Positions 44,444 through 56,956 of a stretch of DNA of 64,000 bases are shown here, one piece after another. Where the stretch lies: assembly GCA_000004985.1 (NCBI GenBank), contig GG738880.1. One strand, written 5' to 3'. A program made the translations under genes and the position numbers. The DNA is from Naegleria gruberi (lineage: Eukaryota). How positions within the stretch are numbered: the stretch's first letter is position 1; the number at the start of each line of letters is the position of its first letter. The notes beneath the pieces are model-generated. The model was given only the letters and a program-made list of their open reading frames with translations. It was not told the origin of the DNA and made no database searches.

Positions 44444-47400
44444 ATGTTCTCTTTCAATAAGGTTTCCATCAACTCTACAAGATTTACCTCCTTTCTACTG
44501 CTCTTGTTTATATTTCTTGCTCATCTTTCAATAACCACAACTTTAACTAATAAGGAAATAATTTTGCTTCCTTATTGTTCCTCTGTGGTAGTTTCTCCAC
44601 CTAGCCAGAGATTATCTTCCAATTCACTCACAATAACCGTTACAGCACCTAACGATATTTGGTAAGTTAACAAACTTTCCTATGTGAAATGTTAAATTTC
44701 TAATAAGGTTAATCGTATCGAATCAATATAAACCTCTTCAAAACACCAATGTGGATGCAACAATACTTCTGAGAGCCTACGTTTTCCTCTCAAATCCACA
44801 AGGACAAGCCAAATACATTACCTCCGCCTCAATAATATCTTCCACTTCATTCACAGTTCAGTTTACCAATCTTGCAGCTAATGAACATTATGGATTATTC
44901 TTATTTGATGGGATGTCCTATTTGGAGGTGGAAACTGGTAGTGCACTTCGATTGGTTCCACTTTCAATCTTGTCAATTCATGAATACTCGACTGGGAGTG
45001 CAGCATTTGATTCGTTTAGTCCACAGAATAGTTATGAAAGTTCGATGGGAATGTTTTGTATGTCTCTGGCAGGTAGTTCTCTTCCTTTGAATTATGTTTC
45101 ACAAGCTGATAATGTGAAAAGTAGTCAAATTGATTCGATTAGTTTGCAATCGAACAAGTTGAAAATGAACGGAAAGTGGAATGGACAAATATTCAATTAT
45201 CCAATCACTGAATTTGAAGATGGAGGTTATACCTATGAATTATCGAATGAAATTACTGTAAATTTCCATTCACTTTCCAATACTCAACTCAACATTCCAA
45301 TAACTTTACAGAGATATTTAAGTGCTGCCTTCGAACAAGTCAATGCTCTTGATCATCCAGACGAAACAGCAAGAACAGCAGATCCATCCGAATTAGAATA
45401 TCTATTCGTTGGATATTCCATGAATTCCTTTACCTACAAAGTTAGCACCGATCCCAACAATTCTCCAGAATGGACACAAAATCTTTCAGATAACTACGCA
45501 TTAGAAACAGACATCCCAACTCTCATGACCTATCCATACTATCGAGCAGAATTCCACGAGTTGACTTCTGGAAATCCACTCATGACCATCATTATTAAGG
45601 ATGGAGTTTTGACCATGTCCAAGAAAGTTCTAGGAACAACTTCGATGGAATGTCCAATGGGATCTGTCAGGAATGAAAATCAACACTTTTATCGTGGCTC
45701 TACTTTTCATTATATTGCCTATTCGACTATTCATCCAATGTATACTTTTGATTATTCCACTAGAAATTGGAAGTTGAATACCCAAATTGATGTGAGCTCT
45801 GCTGATGGAAACTTGGTTGCCAATCTAACAAATTTTGATAATACTCTCTCTACAGAAAGTTCTGATCATTTAGTTTCGGTTACTTTATCAGATAATGTCC
45901 TTCAAGATTACGAAACTTTCTTCAATGAACACGTCATCATTGGAAAACCAGATCACCGAACTCCAATCTCTTCCATAACTGACCTAGCTCTCCTCCACAT
46001 AGACGATCTGGGCAACTCAATCTCCGGTCCTCTCATCACCCAGGAAGACTTTCGTCAGGAACTTGATTGGAATTTTGGTTTTTGTGATGAGAAAGTTGGT
46101 TCTCGAATGGGAAATCAATTGTCAAACTTTTTTTCTTCGACTGATTATACTATTGAACAATTGCCAGAATATGGAACGAGATTGAGTTATGAAGGTGGTG
46201 TGCAAGTTGTAAATTCTGGGTCAATTGAGATGAAGTTTTCAAATCATGAATTTTTGCAAGATTTCACAATTGAAGTTGACCAATCTTTGTTGAGATATAA
46301 GGAGCCAAAGGTTGATTGGTTGAATTTTACGGTAATTCCTGACTTGTCTTCTAACGGAAGAAATGCTACGATTCAAACAGATTCGTATAATAGTGGAGAA
46401 GCTGTTGGCGAGTTTAGTGTCGAATTAACTTGTTCGAATCAGATAATGATATTTAATTCAACTGTGCAACTGTTTAGTAATGTTGGTAGCGGTCAGAATT
46501 TCACATCTAGATTTGATATTACCAGCGATTTCGAATATTGTAACACTTTATCGATAGTTTCTTCTTGTAATATCAGAATTTCAGTAACCAGACAGGCATT
46601 ATGGACCAATTTACAAAAGGAACTCAGTACCACAAGAAGTGTCACTATTGATTATGGTTATTTCATTCCAAGATGTCAAATTCAAGTCAATGAGCCTTTC
46701 GTTTGGATTGAAACAATGTTATTAGAATCTGCTTATTTTACTCTTAATCAAGAAAGAGGCGAATTCACTAACAATATTTTAGTCACCTTGAAAACCAACA
46801 GTTCACAATCAGCATTCAATCCAACAATTAGAGCCTCACTTATTCCAAATATAGATAATCCATTTCACTCAATTGGAGACTTTACTCAAATAATGCAACA
46901 AGAATTTGTCACTTTGAATTTTACAATTAAGAGCAGTAACATATCAAGAATTTTATCTGAAAGATCACAAAATACCTTCTATACATTCAATATGAATCTC
47001 ACTCTATTAGAAACTCATTCTTGTTGGTCAACTGAAGGAAAGGGAGGTTTATTTCCATTTTCCTTCCAAGTTTTATACGAATGTCCTATTGGATACACTG
47101 GAATACAATGTGATATTCCAATTTGCTATGGTTTAAACTCAACCAATCCAAATGCATGTTCAGGAAATGGAAATTGCATTTCTCCAAATAGCTGTGTATG
47201 TCATGCAAACTATACTGAAGGAAACTGTTCAATTCCTTTGTGTTTTGGAGTGAGGGGAGATAACTCTGAGGTATGCTCTTCGAAAGGCTCTTGTGTCCAA
47301 GCCAATGTTTGTGGTTGTGAAGATGGACACACTGGATTGGAATGTGAAATTCCAAAATGTTTCAATATTGCTGCTAATGAGAGTGTTGTATGTTCTGGTC

Positions 47401-50400
47401 ATGGAGATTGTTTTGGCGTGAATAATTGTTCATGTCACGAATCATATTTTGGTTTGAATTGTGAGCTTTCCAATATATTTTCCAATGTTTCGAATAGTTC
47501 ACTTTCTTTCAATATTTCCACCTCAAATAACGAAACACTTTACGAAAATTCAACTTTTACTTCCAATAGATCAATCGTTAGTGATCAGAATAATACTTTG
47601 AACTTCACCGAAAGTATTAGAAATTCAACAATCAATAATTCGAGCATTTCCATTCCTGAAAACTCAAATTCAACCATTTCACAAAACTTTTCAATGGATT
47701 CTAATTTAACAAACATGGTTATTGATAATTCCACAACCGAATGCAATAGTACATTACTTACAATGTTGAACAAAACTATTTCTTCAAATAATATTTCGTC
47801 TAATTGTTCAGGTTGTGAATTTGCAAATGAAACATTAATTGGCAATGTGAGTGAGATTGTTAGAAACACTTCCAATTATACATATCCAAATAATACAGCT
47901 TCTAATGAAGGTATTTCTGCAAATGACAGTTTATCTTATTGTTCGAATGGCTTGGTAAACGAAACAATGACTAATTTAACAGTTATTGGAAATGAAACTC
48001 TCATGACCAATAACAGTACATCGAGCATGAATTCAACTTCTATTGGAAGCAATAATTTGACTCTTTCAAACGAAACTCTTGTCGATATGCAGAACGGAAC
48101 TAGCTTGAATAGTTCTAATATGGAAAACAATACTTCCACAATTTTGGGAAGGAATGAGACCTTAAATGAGACAATTTATGTCAATTCAACAAGTATTCTT
48201 TCAAATGAATCTGTTATAACAAATGAAACCTTAACCAATCAACAAAGCAACTATACTTCCAATTTAGGAAATTACCATAACAATACTAGTCTCAATACCA
48301 CCCTAAACCCAACCAATTTAACACTCAATGCTTCAACAGTAGCCAACAATTCATCAGAAAACCATTTCAATTTCTCAATTCCAGTTTCTGAATGGTCATG
48401 TAACATGACCACCAACATATCCAACCAATGTTCTGGAAATGGCCAATGCACCTCATCCAGAAACTGCTCATGCAATGATGGTTTTAGTGGCCAGCAATGT
48501 CAATTCATCATTCCTTCTCCAATTTGCTCTGGAAACTTTATCCAAGTTGAAAAAATCATTAACAAAGATCAATCAATTTATCTGGAAAGATTAATGATGG
48601 ACAAAAAGTGTCAGAAAACAATTCCTCTCATGACATATAGAGAAGTGCTGTTGGAGAATGTTACCTATAGTGGAATGAATTTGAGTGATATTGTCAAGTT
48701 GTATTCAGTTTTTGTAGATTCGAATGGAAATAAGCTTATTTCATTCGATTCTCGTTTATTACTCGAAAAGAAAGATATGCTGACAGTTTGGAGAGTTGAT
48801 TCACAAGGGTCTTCCACTTCCAAATTGACCATTCCTATCAATTATGGTATTCACAGTGAGTCGACTGGTTCAACATTTGGTTTAATCAAATTTGTTAATC
48901 AAAATAATGAGCTATTTGCCATAACTATGAAAGATGACAGTTCTATAATTGCTGTTTTAAAAGTAGATTTGGAAAGAAAGCAAGCAAATTTATTATTTGA
49001 TTTTGAAAATGAACTTCTTACCTTTTCGAATATTGTAAATGGAAATCAAGTTTACAATCCAATTACAAACAAGACTATTTTCTCAGTTATTGTAAACTCA
49101 AATCAATCCAACTCTTACCTTATTGAAATAGACCTATCAAGTGATCAGAAAAAAGTGTCAGAATTGAAAATTCCTCAGTTGACCATTGACAGTTCACTTT
49201 CGCTTCTTCTTACAAATCCAACAAGTGGTGAACAATATTTACTATCAAGTGGACAAACAGAAACCACAATAAGTTCCATTCAACCAAATATAGAATCTGA
49301 AAATGTCACTTTTACAATTTTGGCATCTGATTCTGATTTTACAATTTCCAAATCGGATACTGTAATTGTTGAGGAGAAACAAGACGAAAGTGAAAGCAAG
49401 GTTGTGATTCTTAATGTTGATACTGGTATTTCACTCATTGTTTCAACGAATCGATTAGTTTCTAATAGAGAAATCTTTTCAAAAAGTTCACAAAAGGTAA
49501 TTTTTGAAAATCCAAATATTTTGTCAATTATGTCAAGTTCAAATTTGGACTCAATTTCACTTTCCATTTCTTCCATGTCAACTTTTAATGTTCCAATTGC
49601 TAGCTCAGTTCAAATACAAATTGAAGGAAGGTTGACTTTGACAGATGTCATTTCGTTTATTGTTTTTAAACATGAAGAATCTGATTCGATTATTGAAGAA
49701 TTACCAATTCAGACATTGAATAGTCGTTCATTAGATTCGTCTTTATACTATTTCACTACGAGGGATGTTTCGAATAGTTTACCTAAACAACTTTTTAATT
49801 CAAAAACATTCAAGGTGAAAGTTTATATCAAATTGTTGACGAATGATTTAATTGGAAATCCAATTTATTTTCCTACAAATATGGAAATTACCATGTTTAG
49901 ATTTAAATTGGAAAATATTTCGCCAAAATTTGGTTTTTATGGAAATGAATTAATTGTTGAATCTTCATTTATTCCAATTCAAAGTTTAATCTATGTGAAT
50001 TTAAAGATTACTGAACTTTCGAATAGTGTAATGACTATTCAGTGTAAAGTGTTAAATCTTACACATTGCAAATTTGATATTCCATTAATAGAATCTGTGG
50101 ATACAATGGTGCAAGTCAAGTTATCAATCACTAATCTTGGATTAGAAACTGTATACGATTCTTTCCATTCTTTCAGATATTTTGATCCATCCATGGTAAA
50201 TGTCAAAGATTTGACACATTTTGACATTTCTATTACTTTCCCAGATATTCCATATGTAAATTCTTCAATCAAGCCATTAATTTCATTTATTCCATCTAAT
50301 GAAGGAACTTTGTTATTATTCGAAATGAACAAAAATGAAGTTTCGTCTAATAATTCAGCAACTTGTGGAACTGAACTAACTCGACAAATAGTTGGATCCT

Positions 50401-51170
50401 CCGATTTGTTCAACATTTCAAATTCAATTTCGTTTGATGTGAAATTGTTAACTTTTTCAAATATCGAAAATGGAAATTTATTTGAAGTTTGGATTTCAAA
50501 AAGTCAAAACGCAACATTCTTTGCTTCCTTATCACTTTCGAATAGCATTCAAGAATTAACAATTGGTCAGCTCAATATCACTCGAGATTCTGAACTTGTC
50601 AAGAAATCAGTCAATTGTCAGTTTAAATCGAATAGATTGTATCACTTGACGGTTCTTGTGCAAGAATTTAAAATTTCATGGGAATTGAAAGATGTAGAAC
50701 TGAATGCTGTTGAATGTTCAGCTCAATATTCAAAAGATAATTCCAAATTACTTTCGAATAATGGAAATGTGAAAGGATATCAAGTTGCTATTGGTCAAAG
50801 TTTCGAATGTAGTCAATTAGTTTCAGATACTGCGATTATTCCAACATTAGCTTTGAGTGGAATGAAGGAAGTTTGTGTTTCTTGTAAAATATTGAATTTC
50901 CTGTCTGCAGAAAAGGAAATGTCAATCGATTCCTTTTTAGGAGGTTTGATTGGTGGCGTGGGAGGTTTCTTATTACTTTCATTGACAGTTTCCTTGATTA
51001 TTTGTTGCATTATTCGAAAGAAACGAATGAAAACATACAATTACGTCTACCATTCCAGTAGAAACTTGGAACGAAACCAGACAATTCAAGATTTATTCGC
51101 AAGTGCTTCTCCATTGGGTGCTTCTGAGGATTTCGATATTATAGATGAACATCCTTCTTATTTCGTCTAG
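44444..51170 (+). CDS. Giant type I membrane glycoprotein with a signal peptide, tandem EGF-like repeats, a hyper-N-glycosylated Ser/Thr/Asn-rich stalk, one TM helix and a short cytoplasmic tail. Proposed exons: 44444..44661, 44708..51170.
   Basis: Exon 1 has the signal peptide (MFSFNKVSINSTRFTSFLLLLFIFLAHLS). A 46-nt GTAAGT...AATAAG intron joins it in phase to the 2139-codon ORF. Four Cys-rich EGF-like repeats lie at about 47090-47460 (C.IP.C.G...CSG.G.C.....C.C...Y.G..C). Dozens of NxS/T sequons lie at about 47460-48400. A fifth EGF-like unit sits at about 48400-48500. The TM helix (GGLIGGVGGFLLLSLTVSLIICCII) lies near 50950. Confidence 0.7.
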
Positions 51171-51204
51171 AATAAACCAAGAACATTAAACTTGATTTGT
51201 TTTT

Positions 51205-52253
51205 TTATTCGATTATTCTATCGGCAGGATTAACACTTGTATCCAACAATTCCTGTTCCAATTCTTTACGCATTTCACTTTCTTTCATCACATCTTTCTT
51301 TTCTTCTTCATCTGAAACATATGATTCTCCCTGTAAATCACTGGCCAAATGTTCATGCCCATGACTGACATCTTGCATTTTAGGAATATGAGCTGCCTTA
51401 GACAAATATAGTGAAATACTATGTCCAGAATGAAGAAAATGGCTTGCCTTATCAAATATAATATACAAGTGAATGAAAATTTCAATCATTTCGACTGCAA
51501 ATTTTTGCTCGAGAGATTTGGCGCCAACTTCTTTTGCATTTTCATGTCCACTTTCTTCTTTCAATTCTTCAACCAAATAATAGATGTGATTACAGGTTGT
51601 GAATACTGAATAAACGACATAGGTAAAGAAGATAAAAGCTTCGATCCAGTTGATCCAAATTAAGAGTTCCTTTCTCTTGTAAACACAGTATAATTCTCTG
51701 AGATATCTTTCAGTGAACATGATCATGAGAAGTGCCATATATGTATAGGAAATAACAAGTAAGGATTGACTAAGTGTAGTGTCATAGTAGGTGAGATCTT
51801 CCTTTCTTCCCAAAATGATTGAGTTTGCTTGAACATAGGTAATGGAAAAGATCTTTAAATTGTTATTAAATATTCCAAATTAAGAGAAGTAATAGTACTA
51901 ACCTTTAACATTGAATAAATGTACATTCGGAGACGAACATTTCCCAATGTCCACTTATAAATCTTATTAAGCACTCTCTTAATATTTGCCCAGCTCCTTA
52001 CGAAGGTCGATGGATTTTGATGATTAGATTCAAATTTCATATATTGTGAGGATCTTATCGAGGGATGATGATGATGACGATTATTCTTATAATAGTAATT
52101 ATTAGCAACAGTTGATGATGATATTGTTGATACTGTAGAGAGAGCTAAATTTCTATTACTGCCTCTTCTTATTGGATGAACAATTGCACTCTCTTGCTGA
52201 CTACGATCATTCTCATCATATTGTACTTGTTGTTGCTGGCGGTGAGGGAGCAT
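51205..52253 (-). CDS. Hypothetical multi-pass membrane protein. Proposed exons: 52253..51903, 51852..51205.
   Basis: Exon 1 (MLPHRQQQQ...WANIKRVLNKIYKWTLGNVRLRMYIYSMLK) joins through a 50-nt GTTAGT...TTTAAAG intron to IFSITYVQANSIILGRKEDLTYY.... Several hydrophobic helices and a His-rich acidic C-terminal region follow. Phase is 0 across the intron. No family is assigned. Confidence 0.45.
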
Positions 52254-52514
52254 TTTGTTTTTTCTTTGATATTTGTGGGCCTGTAACTTGATTCCTTTTG
52301 TTTGCGGAAACACAATAATAAAAATCTTCTTGGATTATTAAGGTCAATCAATGGCTCTAGAGGAAATAGTTCTCATTAATAATATATTATGCGAAAATGT
52401 TCGGAAAATGTTACAACCTTAATATTGAAGGAAATTAATGTGTTTATACAATTATTTAACAACATGCTGGTTAAATATTCCTCCTAATTTCATATTCCTT
52501 TTTTTATGACTGAG

Positions 52515-53221
52515 TTAGAGAGTAAGCATGATAATTGTGGAAATAGAAATGAGGATTATGTTCAACACTTGATCAGAGAATGAAGAAGGTGCAGAGTTGA
52601 CTGTTTTTGTGGAGTTTCTTCCTGCAATTACTAGTGATTTAACATATGGATTTTCATTGTTGAAATTTCCAACTGGGAAATAATTACACACAACGATGGT
52701 TCCATTGCTGAATTGGGAAAATCCTGGGACTGTGGCACATTTCTTTCTTGCACAACCTACCTTCTTGGTATTTTCCCAGATCAATTGAGTGTACTGTCCA
52801 CAAACGTGTCCTGATTGGCAACTTGTAGGATAAGTGAAATATTGAGATTCATCAGCCCAACTCTTGACACTTCCTGGAACTATATCTGAAAATCCAATGT
52901 ATAAATTCTCTCCTACAGAACCTTTCCTATAATTATCAGAATGTTCAAAAAGACACTTGTCAACATAACTGGCAGCAACCTTTTCCAATTCATCATCCCA
53001 AACTAAACCTCCCATGCTTGCTGCTGGAGGATTTAATGTCTTACTCAAACGAATTGTATTTTGAGCATCAAGCAAGGCAATCTTCTCAGCTGATGTGAAT
53101 GCATTGAGAGAATTTGTGCTTGTTGAATTATTGCTAACAGTTCCATTATTGACATTGGTACTATTATTGGTGTTAGTGGAATTGTTGACTTGGAGTACCT
53201 TGAATGTAAGGTTTTTGACCA
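52515..53221 (-). CDS. CAP (SCP/TAPS/PR-1-like) domain protein, copy B, with an Asn/Ser/Thr-rich N-terminal region
   Basis: The CAP motifs are present (GENLYIGF, CGQYTQLIWENTKKVGCA, TIVVCNYFPVGNF). The only candidate ATG (53221) gives an N-terminus without a signal peptide, and it overlaps the last exon of copy A in another frame. The start is therefore doubtful. Confidence 0.5.
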
Positions 53222-53845
53222 TTATAATTTCCTCCTGGAAAATAATCACAAACGACTATAGTTTACGAAAATAGTGCTCTTAATCGGCAAGAAGTGTTAA
53301 AACTTACCAATAGTTCCTCCATTGAAATTAGATTCAAGATTAGTAAATGTTGAACAGGTCTTTTTGGCACAACCAACTTTCTTTGTGGTTGCCCAAACTA
53401 ATTGAGTATAATGTCCACAAACCTTACCACTTTGGCAAGTATTGGTTGTATAGTCAAAGAATTGAGATTCATCAGCCCAACCCTTCACACTTCCTGAAAC
53501 CATATCTGAAAATCCAACGTACATATTCTCTCCTACATATCCTTGTCCATAATCATTGGTTCTTTCAGCATTATGGGCCCAAATACATTTATCAACATAA
53601 TTGGCAGCAACTTGAGCCAAGGCTTCATCCCACACCAATGTTTCCATATTGGAGGATGATGGATTAACATTCAATCGAACATTATTATGTTTATCAACAA
53701 GTGATTGTTTTTCTGATGCTTGGAAGGCATTAAGCGTTTGTCCGTAAATTCTTGTGAGCATTAAATTCATCAGCATCATCATCATGAAGAACATTACTAA
53801 AGTGACGATGCTGCTTGAAATCCGAGAGGGTGATTCTATCATCAT
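53173..53845 (-). CDS. CAP (SCP/TAPS/PR-1-like) domain protein, copy A, secreted. Proposed exons: 53845..53308, 53255..53173.
   Basis: A signal-peptide-like N-terminus (MMIESPSRISSSIVTLVMFFMMMMLMNLML) is followed by a CAP domain (GENMYVGF, CGHYTQLVWATTKKVGCA). A 52-nt GTAAGT...TATAG intron restores the expected C-terminal CAP strand (GGTIG|VVCDYFPGGNYNG). Without that splice the ORF stops at ...GGTIGKF*. Confidence 0.55.
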
Positions 53846-54067
53846 CAGTGTTAGAAGTTGCTTTAAGTGTTTTCTTTTGTGCTCATCTTGGAGAAGGTCT
53901 TGAGGTTTTTGTTTGTGTTGATCCACATTTGTTCTTGATTGCCTTAATAGAAACAAGTAGACTTAATGTGGTTATCCGTATGGTAATCTGCAATGGGTTG
54001 TTGAAATAAACAAATTTCTAATCAGGATGATATTGAGTTGCATAAACATGTTCCAGTTACAGCTTGT

Positions 54068-55492
54068 TTATTGTAACATAATATCTATTTTCTTCTTGCT
54101 AGCTCTCTTCTTGTAAGTATCAGAAACCCACTTGGCCCAACTTTCGAGTTTACACTTCTCGACAGCCAATGATTTTTTCTTTTCCAATGCCTTGTCAATT
54201 TCATTTGCTTCCCTTACGAAATTCTCAATAATTTTGTCACAATAAATTGTATTGGTTATCAAAAATTCTAATCTAATCTTTTTGACTTGAACTGATAAAT
54301 TCCACTTTTCTAAAAAGGTTCTAAAATTTCTTTCTGTAATAGATATCATTTCAGATACCATAGATTTCAAGTAATATACACCCAAATCACCAAATACTTG
54401 CTGAAGATAGGGATAGAGATTTTCATACTTTTTCAGAGCTTTCCATAGTATATTTCCAGAGGAAGCACTTCCAGACTTTTCAAATTTGACATATTCCATT
54501 ATCTCGTTCGTCTTGAACTGCACTAAACTTGGTGAAATTGAGAATATTTCATATTCTTTCATCACGTCCATCACTTGATCAATGTCCATCGTTGATGTAT
54601 ATATTGGAATAGCGTCAGAACCAGAAAATGACGAATTAATATAAACTGCTCTATGATATGCACTAAAATCCATTGATAAAATATAAAAACTCTGTACTAA
54701 AACTCCACATCTAAAGAAAATCAAACTATCATATTCGACACCTTGTTTTTCAATGGCATGCAGGGAAGAGGAATATTTCGAAAAGGTCCCAATCAAGTAA
54801 ATTTTCTCAATCCTGTATTTACGAAATGGACTCCAATATTCATAGGTACTAATAGCGATGATAGCCCTCTTCAGCAGAGTTTGTTCCTTAGTGGACTTGT
54901 TACTTGATAATGCAACAGTTGAAGTAGGTGGTGGAGGTATTCCAAACATTCCCTTCACTGAATTATATGCCGCTAAAAGATCTTTAAATACTCCATCACT
55001 TGATTCATCAGTTGATTCACTCTTCTGCACTTGTGCATCATTCTCTATATTAACATTTTCATCATGATGATCAGCATTAAATTCCTCATCATGCTCCTCT
55101 TCCATTTCCTCCTCAAACTGCAGATAATTTCTTGATATTTTAGTTCTATATAATTTATCCAAAAACAGTTCCAATCTGCTCTCTCTATAATTGATCGGAA
55201 GAAATTCCTTCTCATCTACACAAACAATCTCCTCAATATTGGCAAGACATTCATGAACCTGATGATAAAACCACTTATTGACAAGTGCCAACGACATGAA
55301 ATGTTTCCTCACATCAATAAACGAAAAGGTAATTGTAAATATATCATAGAGTGCATATTCGTGTCGTTTCCATCTTTTGGCAAGGAATTTCTGTCTTCTC
55401 TGCAAAATTTCTGTTGCACTTTTCGGGGTTTTCATAGTTGCTGATGCTGGTGATGAGAATGAGTGTGGAGGTGGTGTGTTGTTTTGATCCAT
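54068..55492 (-). CDS. F-box-like protein with a large C-terminal domain of unknown function
   Basis: A 474-codon ORF. The N-terminus has an F-box-like segment (EYALYDIFTITFSFIDVRKHFMSLALVNKWF). An acidic stretch and then an uncharacterised domain follow. Confidence 0.5.
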   Translation of the reverse strand: MDQNNTPPPHSFSSPASATMKTPKSATEILQRRQKFLAKRWKRHEYALYDIFTITFSFIDVRKHFMSLALVNKWFYHQVHECLANIEEIVCVDEKEFLPINYRESRLELFLDKLYRTKISRNYLQFEEEMEEEHDEEFNADHHDENVNIENDAQVQKSESTDESSDGVFKDLLAAYNSVKGMFGIPPPPTSTVALSSNKSTKEQTLLKRAIIAISTYEYWSPFRKYRIEKIYLIGTFSKYSSSLHAIEKQGVEYDSLIFFRCGVLVQSFYILSMDFSAYHRAVYINSSFSGSDAIPIYTSTMDIDQVMDVMKEYEIFSISPSLVQFKTNEIMEYVKFEKSGSASSGNILWKALKKYENLYPYLQQVFGDLGVYYLKSMVSEMISITERNFRTFLEKWNLSVQVKKIRLEFLITNTIYCDKIIENFVREANEIDKALEKKKSLAVEKCKLESWAKWVSDTYKKRASKKKIDIMLQ

Positions 55493-55617
55493 TTTTTTTT
55501 CTGTTGATTATTTCAAGTTCCAACATAGTTCATTGTAAAGTATTTGAGTTACAAAATAATTGGTTTGCTGGCTTTTTATTACAAAATTTAATGTGTTGGC
55601 AGCAATATTCAGATATG

Positions 55618-56956
55618 TTAACCCTTCACACAAACAATTTGTTTAAGGGTATACAAAATATCTACAAGATCCTTTTGACTTTCCATCACTGCATCAATAT
55701 CCTTGTAAGCTTCTGGTATTTCGTCTAGAACTCCTTCGTCCTTTCTACATTCGACATCTTTGGTTTGTGCCCTTAAATCTTGAACGGTGAAGGTCTTTTT
55801 GGCTTGTCCTCGTGATAGTTTTCTTCCAGCTCCATGTGAACATGAACAATAGCTGTCTGCATTGCCCTTTCCAATAACTATATAAGATTTCTTTCCCATT
55901 GAACCTGGAATAATTCCCAACTCGCCCTTTTTTGCAGATACAGCTCCCTTACGTGTAATGTACAAATCTTCTCCAAAGTGATTTTCTAATTGAGCATAGT
56001 TATGGTGACAATTGACTGCTACGAGATCTGCTTTGAAATTTGGATCTGCCACTTGTCCTCCTCTTCTCAAAGATTTAATCACTTCCTCCATCATTATTTT
56101 TCTATTGAATTTTGCAAAGTCAGACGCCCAATTTAATGCAAACCAATATTCATCAAAATAGTTAGTTCCCTTAGTGAGATAGGCCAAATCTTGATTTCCA
56201 TTTGGCAGGTAACCATATGTTTTTAACATATCTTCCTTTGCCAGATCAATAAACACACGTCCAATCATATTTCCAACGCCTCTTGATCCAGAATGTAACA
56301 TAATCCAAACCTGGTCTGTTTCATCGAGGCAAATTTCTATAAAATGATTTCCTCCTCCCAAGGTTCCCAAGTGGTTAATATGATTTGATTCTTCAATGCT
56401 ATCTCTATAGGATTGCTTGATATCTTTAAAGTTTAATATTCTTTCAAAACCATTGTGTAGTTGAGTATCCCAAAGGTCAACAACAGAATTTGGCATATTT
56501 CCCTTTTCATGTTTTCCAAATCCGACTGGGATGACCTTCTCAATGCTATTTCTGATACTTGCGAGCGATTTCAAATCAGTGGCCTTTAAACTTGTCTTGA
56601 CTGCACACATTCCACATCCAATGTCCACTCCAACTGCTGCAGGAATAAGGGCTGTTTTTGTGGGAATAACTGTGCCCACTGTACAACCTTTGCCCATGTG
56701 AACATCGGGCATGACAGCAATGTGTCCATGAATGATTCCTTTTTAAGAATTAGATTTGCAAAACGTAAAATTGGTAAGAACACGTACCCGAATTTCTCAC
56801 TCCAATTAATTGCTTCTTGGCTTCCTCCTCGATAGGTTCCACCTTTGATGTCCAATATTTAGCTTCTGCAAAATTGAATTTTGATTGGCTTGTAGAGAAG
56901 CATCTCAATCCCCTTGTTGATTGGTTCAGAAAATTCTTTAGAAGTAGTATTGACAT
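55618..56956 (-). CDS. rtcB: RtcB RNA 3'-phosphate ligase, bacterial/archaeal (E. coli-like) type, with an N-terminal mitochondrial-like presequence. Proposed exons: 56956..56788, 56738..55618.
   Basis: Exon 1 is MSILLLKNFLNQSTRGLRCFSTSQSKFNFAEAKYWTSKVEPIEEEAKKQLIGVRNSG. A 49-nt GTACGT...AAAAAG intron joins it to GIIHGHIAVMPDVHMGKGCTVGTVIPTKTALIPAAVGVDIGCGMCAVKT.... The exon junction reproduces the E. coli RtcB N-terminal region (KMWTKGVPVEADARQQLINTAKMPFIFKHIAVMPDVHLGKGSTIGSVIPT). The total length is about 420 aa, whereas eukaryotic HSPC117-type RtcB is about 505 aa. Confidence 0.75.

Noticed and set aside
47086-50416. Several 60-125 codon ORFs on the minus strand inside the giant EGF-repeat gene (47086-47355, 47585-47875, 47936-48139, 48272-48475, 49280-49576, 50039-50416)
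   Set aside because: They are antisense to a long, clearly coding plus-strand ORF. Their composition is a mirror of the sense strand, and none has a recognisable motif. They are shadow ORFs.
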